A stretch of DNA of 64,000 nucleotides, taken from Bacteroidaceae bacterium. GTDB taxonomy: Bacteria > Bacteroidota > Bacteroidia > Bacteroidales > Bacteroidaceae. Below, in pieces: positions 57,366 to 64,000 of this stretch; position 1 is the first letter of the stretch; each line of letters opens with the position of its first letter. The stretch is taken from assembly GCA_045612925.1 (NCBI GenBank), contig JAZKZX010000060.1:25866-89865 (forward strand), read 5' to 3'. The position numbers were made by a program, and so were the translations under genes. Under the pieces are notes generated by a model, which ran no database searches, was not told where the DNA came from, and saw only the letters and a program-made list of their open reading frames with translations.

Positions 57366-57842
57366 ATGACTAAAAATAACTATTTGAAAGCGTGCATGGG
57401 GCTGGTGCTGGGATTGATGTTGGCATCATGTCATCCTGATGGTCCGGAAGGTGAATATCCTGAATATCGTAGCTTGAAGTTTACTAAGGATGACGCCAAG
57501 GATATTTTGTTTGCAGCACAAAATGATATCAATAATATCTCTTCGTGCAACGCGGGTGACTCGCTGATTGTATATATGCAAGTAGGTTATACTGGAGCCT
57601 ATATCTATCATGCAGATTATGTGTGGGAACTCATTGTGGGCGACGTGTCAGAGAAGTATATCACAGGGGTTGTAGATCCCGTAAACCGAGTGGACCTTCC
57701 GATGTGGAAATTCAAGGCGCCCGATACCCCAGGCAATTATCTGATAAAGTTTAAGGCTAAGTATAGCTTCTCTGCAGATACCGAAATTGGTACTATCTAT
57801 GGTGAGTCTGAAAACTATAGTGCTACCTTGCGAGTAGAGTGA
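57366..57842 (+). CDS. 158-aa lipoprotein, function unknown.
   Basis: Lipobox LMLASC. No other motif. Confidence 0.6.
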   Translation: MTKNNYLKACMGLVLGLMLASCHPDGPEGEYPEYRSLKFTKDDAKDILFAAQNDINNISSCNAGDSLIVYMQVGYTGAYIYHADYVWELIVGDVSEKYITGVVDPVNRVDLPMWKFKAPDTPGNYLIKFKAKYSFSADTEIGTIYGESENYSATLRVE

Positions 57843-57873
57843 CTATAGTCGTAATACTTGTGAAAAGAAAAAA

Positions 57874-57900
57874 AGAGAAGCCGAAACTTCTCTTTTTTTT
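57874..57900. terminator. Intrinsic terminator between the lipoprotein gene and the tRNA.
   Basis: AGAGAAG (57874-57880), loop CCGAAA, CTTCTCT (57887-57893), followed by a T7 run and preceded by an A-run. Confidence 0.75.
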
Positions 57901-57904
57901 GTCG

Positions 57905-57978
57905 TGATTCCGTTGCGACTCGAACGCAAGACCTACTGCTTAGAAGGCAGTTGCTCTATCCAGCTGAGCTACGGAACC
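57905..57978 (-). tRNA. tRNA-Arg (anticodon TCT).
   Basis: 74-nt cloverleaf folded by hand: acceptor GGTTCCG/CGGAATC, D stem GCTC/GAGC, anticodon stem ACTGC/GCAGT with loop CTTCTAA, T stem TTGCG/CGCAA with loop TTCGAGT. No encoded CCA. Confidence 0.9.
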
Positions 57979-58110
57979 GACCTTATACTTATCAAAAGCG
58001 CTGCAAAATTAGTGCGTTTTATTGGTTTTTCCAAGAAAAAGAGGAATTATTTATCGCTTTATTGTATCTTTGCACTCTGTATTCAGAATAATCAATATAA
58101 AGATAGAGAT

Positions 58111-58479
58111 ATGTCATTATTGGGAAATCTTGTTTGGCTCATCTTTGGTGGTTTAGCTATGTCGTTTGCTTATCTCATATTAGGATTAGGCTATTGTATC
58201 ACCATTATCGGCATTCCTGTTGGTCTTCAATTATTTAAATTGGCAAGCCTCTCGCTTATGCCCTTCGGTCGTGATGCTGTCACTACTCATGGCGATATGG
58301 GCTGTGGCTCTATTATACTCAATGTGCTCTGGTTGATATTTGGAGGCGTTGAGATGGCCTTGACTCATCTTGGCCTTGGGTTACTCTTCTGCATCACTAT
58401 TGTAGGTGTTCCTTTCGGTATGCAGCATTTCAAACTTGCTCTTTTAGCTCTAATGCCATTCGGAAAAGATATTGTATAG
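58111..58479 (+). CDS. yccF: YccF-family inner membrane protein.
   Basis: Duplicated motif N..W.IFGG...A..H...G...CITI.G.PFG.Q.FKLA..AL.PFG. Trimmed to the ATG at 58111 because the longer track ORF overlaps the tRNA. Confidence 0.8.
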   Translation: MSLLGNLVWLIFGGLAMSFAYLILGLGYCITIIGIPVGLQLFKLASLSLMPFGRDAVTTHGDMGCGSIILNVLWLIFGGVEMALTHLGLGLLFCITIVGVPFGMQHFKLALLALMPFGKDIV

Positions 58480-58504
58480 ATTAATAATTTAAGTAAAGTA
58501 TATT

Positions 58505-59461
58505 ATGTGGATTGATTTATTGTGGATTGTAGCTGGCTTGGTGATGATACTTGTTGGATCTGATTGGCTCGTTGACGGAGCATCAGGTATAGCTCGTAAG
58601 TTTGGCATCAGCGAGTTTGTCATTGGTATGACAATTGTAGGTATTGGTACTTCTATGCCCGAACTTGTGTCGAGCGTAATTTCTGCCGTAGGTGGACATG
58701 GAGATATGGCTTTGGGTAATGTGTCGGGTTCAAATATCTGCAATGTGTTGCTCATCTTGGGTGTTACTGCTCTTATCTCGCCTATAGGCTTTACGAGAAG
58801 CAATGTATTTAAGGATCTTCCTTTCGCTATCGTGGTGTCGTTAATATTGATTATGCTCCTATATACCGGTTTCGGTCAGCAAGGTGGTAGCCTTGGTATT
58901 TCTCGTGTTGAGGCCATGTTTTTACTTTTGGTATTTGTCATCTTTATGGTCGATTCGTTCCGCTCTTCAACGGGTGGGGTTGAGGAGGATAACGCTGTTA
59001 AGCCTATGCCTATGGGCAAGGCTGTTTTGTTCATCGTGCTTGGTTTGGCAGGACTCGTATTTGGTGGTAGATTCTTTGTGGACCATACGGTAAGCATAGC
59101 TCAGCGTTTCCATGTGTCTGAGGCATTCATATCCATCACGCTGATGGCAGTGGGTACCTCGCTCCCTGAACTTGCGACATGCGTGGTGGCAGCTATAAAG
59201 GGTAAGAATCAGTTAGCTTTGGGTAATATCATTGGCTCTAATATCTTTAACATAGCCCTCATTATAGGTGCTAGTGGTATCATCTCACCATTCCAGATAG
59301 AAAGTATATCAACTATTGATACGTCTATGGTATTGGTAAGCATTATCATGTTGTGGGGAGCAGCGTTCACCTTCAAGCGTTATAAACTCGATCGCATTGA
59401 GGGTGCTATCTTCCTCCTTGCCTATGTGGGGTATATCACCTATTTGGCGATGAATATCTAA
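58505..59461 (+). CDS. Ca2+/Na+ antiporter (CaCA/YrbG family).
   Basis: Two alpha-repeats: GTSMPELVSS and GTSLPELATC. Confidence 0.85.
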   Translation: MWIDLLWIVAGLVMILVGSDWLVDGASGIARKFGISEFVIGMTIVGIGTSMPELVSSVISAVGGHGDMALGNVSGSNICNVLLILGVTALISPIGFTRSNVFKDLPFAIVVSLILIMLLYTGFGQQGGSLGISRVEAMFLLLVFVIFMVDSFRSSTGGVEEDNAVKPMPMGKAVLFIVLGLAGLVFGGRFFVDHTVSIAQRFHVSEAFISITLMAVGTSLPELATCVVAAIKGKNQLALGNIIGSNIFNIALIIGASGIISPFQIESISTIDTSMVLVSIIMLWGAAFTFKRYKLDRIEGAIFLLAYVGYITYLAMNI

Positions 59462-59550
59462 GTAAGGTGGACTTTTATCCTTTAAGATTTTGCATTTCGC
59501 TCGCCTTATAGTAAATTTGCGTGATTTTTTGATAATAACAACAACAATAT

Positions 59551-60570
59551 ATGATAAGCAAGATTGAAACACTGATGGCCGAGATTGAAAATCTCCATGC
59601 CAATAGCGCTGAAGAACTCGAGGCTCTGCGCATCAAATATCTGAGTAAGAAGGGTGCCATCAATGACCTCATGGCTGACTTCCGTAATGTGCCTGCCGAG
59701 CAGAAAAAAGAGGTGGGTATGCGTCTTAATGCTTTGAAGACCCGCGCTACCGAGCGCATTGCAGAACTCAAAGAGGCTTTTGATACCAACGATAGTGGTG
59801 CTGCAGAGATGGATCTCACACGCACGGCCTATCCCGTAGAATTGGGTACAAGACACCCTCTGTCTATTGTGAAGAACGAGATTATCGATATTTTTGCACG
59901 CATGGGCTTTGCCCTTGCCGATGGCCCTGAAGTTGAGGACGACTGGCACGTGTTCTCTTCAATGAACTTTGCTGAAGATCACCCTGCGCGTGATATGCAA
60001 GACACTTTCTTTATAGAAGCGCACCCCGACATCATACTGCGTACTCACACCTCATCGGTGCAGAGTCGCGTAATGGAGAATGCTCAGCCTCCTATCCGTA
60101 TTATTTGCCCTGGTCGCGTATATCGTAATGAGGCAATCAGCTATCGTGCGCACTGTTTCTTTCACCAGGTTGAGGCTCTCTATGTAGATAAAAATGTGTC
60201 ATTTACCGATCTTAAGCAGGCTCTTTTGCTCTTTGCAAAGGAAATGTTTGGTGAGGAAACAAAGATTCGTTTGCGTCCCTCATACTTCCCCTTTACCGAG
60301 CCTTCGGCCGAGATGGATATCAGCTGTAATATCTGTGGTGGTAAGGGATGTCCCTTCTGTAAGGGTACCGGCTGGGTTGAAATCCTCGGCTGCGGTATGG
60401 TAGACCCCAATGTGCTTGAGCTCAATGGTATTGATAGTAAAGAGTATTCAGGTTATGCCCTTGGTATGGGTATCGAGCGTATTACCAACCTTAAGTACCA
60501 GGTTAAGGACCTTCGCATGTTCTCCGAGAACGATGTGCGCTTCCTTAAAGAGTTTGAGGCAGCTAATTAA
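59551..60570 (+). CDS. pheS: Phenylalanine--tRNA ligase alpha subunit.
   Basis: Class II motifs HPARDMQDTFF, GRVYRNE and GYALGMGIERI. Confidence 0.95.
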   Translation: MISKIETLMAEIENLHANSAEELEALRIKYLSKKGAINDLMADFRNVPAEQKKEVGMRLNALKTRATERIAELKEAFDTNDSGAAEMDLTRTAYPVELGTRHPLSIVKNEIIDIFARMGFALADGPEVEDDWHVFSSMNFAEDHPARDMQDTFFIEAHPDIILRTHTSSVQSRVMENAQPPIRIICPGRVYRNEAISYRAHCFFHQVEALYVDKNVSFTDLKQALLLFAKEMFGEETKIRLRPSYFPFTEPSAEMDISCNICGGKGCPFCKGTGWVEILGCGMVDPNVLELNGIDSKEYSGYALGMGIERITNLKYQVKDLRMFSENDVRFLKEFEAAN

Positions 60571-60805
60571 CCCCTTTTTTATTTGATAGGGTTGCAGCGT
60601 TTTCTCACAAGTGATTCGCGCGCATGATCCACAAAATGGGTGAAGAGATTTTATTTTTCTCTTTGCCCATTTTTGTATTTCAAAATGAAGAAGTAGTTGG
60701 ATATGTCTTTGCCAAAATGGACTTTCTGTCATGTTTGTAGCTGAAAACTTGCATTTTCGTTCAGTTTGCACTAACTTCGCATGATATTTGAAATGCTATA
60801 TATTT

Positions 60806-61756
60806 ATGGGATTTTTTTCGTTTTTCTCAAAAGACAAGAAAGAAGTGCTTGACAAGGGATTGTCAAAGTCAAAGGAGAGTGTGTTAGGTAAGATTACACG
60901 AGCTATTGCTGGTAAGTCTAAGGTAGATGATGAAGTACTTGATAACCTTGAAGAGGCACTCATAACCTCAGATGTGGGTATAGATACTACACTGAAGATT
61001 ATCAAACGTATTGAGGAGCGTGTGGCGCGCGACAAGTATGTGACGACCAACGAACTTAATACTATCCTAAAAGATGAGATTGCAGCGCTACTTACTGAGA
61101 ATGAAACCACAAATACAGAGGGGTTCTCTATACCTGAAGATGCCAAACGCCCCTATGTGATCATGGTGGTGGGTGTGAATGGTGTGGGTAAGACCACAAC
61201 TATCGGCAAATTGGCACATCAGTTCAAAAAGGCTGGATTGAAGGTTTACCTTGGTGCTGCTGATACATTCCGCGCTGCAGCGGTAGAACAGTTGGTAGAA
61301 TGGGGGCATCGTGCAGATGTGCCTGTCATCAAGCAGAAGATGGGGGCAGATCCCGCATCAGTAGCTTTCGATACCTTGAAGTCTGCAGTGGCCAATGATG
61401 CCGACGTGGTGATTATTGATACTGCTGGTCGCTTGCATAATAAGGTGGGGTTGATGAATGAGCTCACCAAGATTAAGAATGTGATGAAGAAGGTGGTAGA
61501 CTATGCTCCCAACGAGGTGCTGCTGGTACTTGATGGTTCTACTGGACAGAATGCTTTTGAACAAGCCCGTCAGTTTACACTTGCAACTGAAGTGACAGCA
61601 TTGGCTATTACAAAGTTAGATGGAACGGCTAAGGGTGGCGTGGTGATTGGTGTATCTGACCAATTTAAGATCCCCGTGCGTTATGTTGGCTTGGGCGAGG
61701 GTATTGATGACCTTCAGCCATTCAATAAGACCGAATTTGTGGATTCATTGTTTTAA
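60806..61756 (+). CDS. ftsY: Signal recognition particle receptor FtsY.
   Basis: GVNGVGKTTTIGKLA, DTAGRL and TKLDGTAKGG. ATG at 60806. Confidence 0.95.
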   Translation: MGFFSFFSKDKKEVLDKGLSKSKESVLGKITRAIAGKSKVDDEVLDNLEEALITSDVGIDTTLKIIKRIEERVARDKYVTTNELNTILKDEIAALLTENETTNTEGFSIPEDAKRPYVIMVVGVNGVGKTTTIGKLAHQFKKAGLKVYLGAADTFRAAAVEQLVEWGHRADVPVIKQKMGADPASVAFDTLKSAVANDADVVIIDTAGRLHNKVGLMNELTKIKNVMKKVVDYAPNEVLLVLDGSTGQNAFEQARQFTLATEVTALAITKLDGTAKGGVVIGVSDQFKIPVRYVGLGEGIDDLQPFNKTEFVDSLF

Positions 61757-61800
61757 TGTTTTTAAACAATGTTTTCGATGACAAAGTTTACTCTTGAGAT

Positions 61801-63138
61801 ATGATAAAAAACCAGATAGATATAATCACGCTCGGCTGTTCGAAGAATCTTGTTGACTCGGAGAAGTTGATGAAGATGCTCGAAGTGAATGGCTATACTA
61901 TGTGCCACAATCCCGAGCAGGTGAAGGGAGAAATCGTGGTCATCAATACATGTGGTTTTATCGGTGATGCCAAAGAGGAATCTATCAATATGATTCTTGA
62001 GGTATGTGAGTTGAAAGCTAAGCGTCGTGTACGCAAGGTGTATGTGATGGGTTGCCTTTCGGAACGCTATATGGCCGAATTGGGCGAAGAGATTCCCCAA
62101 GTAGATGCCTTTTATGGTAAGTTCGATTGGGATAAGATTGTTAGTGAACTAAAGACTGATAATAGTCAATTGTCAACAGATAACTGTCATTTAGATCGTG
62201 TCCTCACTACTCCCCATCACTATGCTTATGTGAAAATCTCAGAAGGGTGCGATCGCACATGTGCCTATTGTGCTATACCTATCATCACTGGTCGTCATGT
62301 GAGTCGTCCTATAGAGGAGATTGTCGAAGAGGTGCGTCTTCTTGTGAATAAAGGTGTAAAAGAGATACAACTCATCGCACAGGACCTTACATACTATGGT
62401 GTTGACCTCTATAAGAAACAATCTATAGCAGAACTCGTTGAACGCATTTCTGATGTAGAGGGAGTTGAGTGGATACGTTTACACTATGGGTATCCTACTC
62501 ATTTCCCGATGGACTTGTTGCGTGTGATGCGCGAACGTGATAATGTGTGCAAATATCTTGATATAGCTTTGCAGCATGTGAGCACTGATGTGCTGAAGCG
62601 TATGCGTCGAAACATAAGCAAAGAGGAAACTATTGAGTTGCTGCAGACTATTCGTCGTGAGGTGCCGGGTATCTATTTACGCACCACGCTGATGGTGGGA
62701 TTCCCTGGTGAGACGGATGAGGATTTCAACGAACTGGTACAGTTTGTCAAAGAAATGAAATTCGAGCGCATGGGTGCCTTTGCCTACTGCGAAGAGGAGG
62801 GTACATATGCAGCTGAGCACTATACTGACGATATTGATGACGAAATCAAACAAGCTCGTTTGGGCATGCTGATGCGTGTGCAGCAACGCATAGCCGAGGA
62901 AGTAAGTGCTTCGAGTATTGGAAAGACGATGCGGGTAGTTATCGATCGTGAAGAGGGTAACTACTACATTGGTCGTACACAATATGACTCTCCAGAAGTA
63001 GATCCCGAAGTGTTGTTGCTTAAATCGGAGAATGATGTTGAGCTTGGGTGTTACTATGATGTGGAGATAACAAGTGCTGATGAATTTGATCTATACGGAA
63101 GGACTACACTTGATTTAAGGATTAAGAATGAACAATAA
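61801..63138 (+). CDS. rimO: Ribosomal protein S12 methylthiotransferase.
   Basis: MTTase N-terminus LGCSKNLVDSE. Radical-SAM CDRTCAYCAIP. TRAM-like C-terminus. Confidence 0.9.
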   Translation: MIKNQIDIITLGCSKNLVDSEKLMKMLEVNGYTMCHNPEQVKGEIVVINTCGFIGDAKEESINMILEVCELKAKRRVRKVYVMGCLSERYMAELGEEIPQVDAFYGKFDWDKIVSELKTDNSQLSTDNCHLDRVLTTPHHYAYVKISEGCDRTCAYCAIPIITGRHVSRPIEEIVEEVRLLVNKGVKEIQLIAQDLTYYGVDLYKKQSIAELVERISDVEGVEWIRLHYGYPTHFPMDLLRVMRERDNVCKYLDIALQHVSTDVLKRMRRNISKEETIELLQTIRREVPGIYLRTTLMVGFPGETDEDFNELVQFVKEMKFERMGAFAYCEEEGTYAAEHYTDDIDDEIKQARLGMLMRVQQRIAEEVSASSIGKTMRVVIDREEGNYYIGRTQYDSPEVDPEVLLLKSENDVELGCYYDVEITSADEFDLYGRTTLDLRIKNEQ

Positions 63139-63406
63139 GGAATTTATCTGCGAGTTGTCAAAGAATACCAGTCTGTCGGCAAGTGCTACGGGCAAGTTGG
63201 TGAACGACACAATCAAGATTTTAGAAGAGCACTTTGAGCACAATGATGTTGTGAGCATATCAGGATTCGGAACTTTTGAGGTGAAGAAAAAAATGGAACG
63301 TATATCGGTGAATCCCACTACAGGAAAACGTTACCTGATACCTCCGAAACTCGTTCTTGCTTTCAAGCAAAGCAATGTGCTGAAGGAAAAGTTTAATGCT
63401 GAATAA
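63128..63406 (+). CDS. HU/IHF-family DNA-binding protein.
   Basis: GFGTFEVKKK..R...NP.TG beta-arm motif. 92 aa. Overlaps the rimO end by 11 nt. Confidence 0.85.
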   Translation: MNNKEFICELSKNTSLSASATGKLVNDTIKILEEHFEHNDVVSISGFGTFEVKKKMERISVNPTTGKRYLIPPKLVLAFKQSNVLKEKFNAE

Positions 63407-63419
63407 TGCGATGTGATAT

Positions 63420-64000
63420 GGGAAAGATTACATTGACAAATATTGCTGAGGAACTATCTGCTAAAAGTGAACTCAATAAAGAAACAACAGAAGTTTTCGT
63501 AAAAGCTCTTATAGATACAATAGAAAAGGGCCTTTATAATGATAAAGTAGTAAAGGTCAAGGGGCTAGGTACTTTTAAACTTCTGGAAGTGAGTGATCGA
63601 AGTAGTGTAGATGTAAACACGGGAGAACGAATAACGATCAAGGGCTATAATAAGGTGAGTTTTACTCCAGATAGCGCCATGAAGGAGTTTGTGAACCGCC
63701 CTTTCTCGCATTTCGAACCTACAGAACTAAAAGAAGGATATCCCGAAGAAGAATTTATAGAAGGGGGAGTCTTGCCTGAAGGAAGTGAAGATGAAGAGGA
63801 ACTTGAGGTAATGGAAGAATTCCAAAATCCAGTTGTTTCAGAGTCTGTAGAGGATTCAGTAAGCAATTTTGAAGTAGAACTAATTCCTTCAGTAATAGAA
63901 ACTGATGATGTTATAGTCGATTCTGAAGTTCCAGCAGTTGATAACGCAAAGAATGGTGCCGAAGATATAGGTACTGAAGAGGGTATTGTGGAGAATACTG
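63420..64000 (+). CDS. HU-like DNA-binding protein with an acidic C-terminal extension; partial, runs off the right edge.
   Basis: Hand translation from the ATG at 63420: MGKITLTNIAEELSAKSELNKETTEVFVKALIDTIEKGL..GLGTFKLLEVSDRSSVDVNTGERI.., then an E/D-rich tail. No stop before 64000. Not in the ORF track. Confidence 0.75.

Noticed and set aside
57904-58110. An N-terminal extension of the YccF ORF (the track ORF is 57904..58479).
   Set aside because: The extension overlaps tRNA-Arg on the opposite strand and starts at a non-ATG codon. The conserved YccF sequence begins at the ATG at 58111.
62158-62189. A direct repeat GATAATAGTCA / GATAACTGTCA in rimO, encoding TDNSQLSTDNCHL.
   Set aside because: It is short and imperfect. 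I cannot tell from memory whether this linker is unusual for RimO, so it is not strong enough to report.

Overview
A Bacteroidales-type chromosome segment. The taxon is an inference from TAnnTTTG -7 promoter boxes, the absence of Shine-Dalgarno sites and the gene content; Prevotellaceae-like is only a guess.

Positions 1 to about 24,500 form an accessory conflict or defence island whose composition varies along its length. It contains:
- The first 635 codons of a DExH helicase. This ORF runs off the left edge and is missing from the supplied ORF track. A co-oriented 981-aa protein sits just upstream. Together they resemble a Druantia type III (DruH/DruE) pair.
- A convergent pair of large proteins that each carry an AlbA_2/Schlafen-type domain.
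- Two paralogous, partly decayed cassettes built from WG-repeat-like proteins, an AAA+ ATPase, a PfkB-type kinase (plus a 3' remnant of a second copy), an extremely acidic protein, a Sel1-repeat protein and small unknowns. Each cassette has a divergently transcribed paralogous gene of unknown function.
- A 1040-aa fusion (methyltransferase-like domain with a degenerate catalytic motif, Hanks Ser/Thr kinase, and a C-terminal A1S_2505-like domain) followed by a PPP-type metallophosphatase.

The strongest sequence-level signal is a 15-nt box, GTGTACArGATTCAC. It occurs six times in the island. Each copy is co-oriented with the downstream gene and lies exactly 22 nt upstream of a Bacteroidetes -7 box. 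This suggests the island genes form one regulon, or share one type of cassette junction.

Positions about 24,500 to 64,000 are mostly housekeeping:
- Translation, nucleotide and central functions: FKBP, ugd, pepP, prfA, pyrF, an HD hydrolase, ribE, prmA, pheS, ftsY, rimO, HU paralogs and tRNA-Arg(TCT).
- Efflux and sugar-nucleotide synthesis: a TolC/HlyD/ABC-2 efflux set and the GDP-fucose pathway genes manC-gmd-fcl.
- Sialic-acid-type genes: a Kelch-SSS symporter fusion with an AGE epimerase.
- Other: a GT2, a ClC channel, yccF and a CaCA antiporter.

The right part also carries a GGAGT-rich palindromic element found just downstream of stop codons (4 copies plus one in-frame fragment inside a permease gene). 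It further carries a GTAAAT-heptad repeat and apparent in-frame hairpin insertions in ugd.

I saw no rRNA, CRISPR array, transposase or integrase. All domain calls come from motif reading by eye, and no database search was run.
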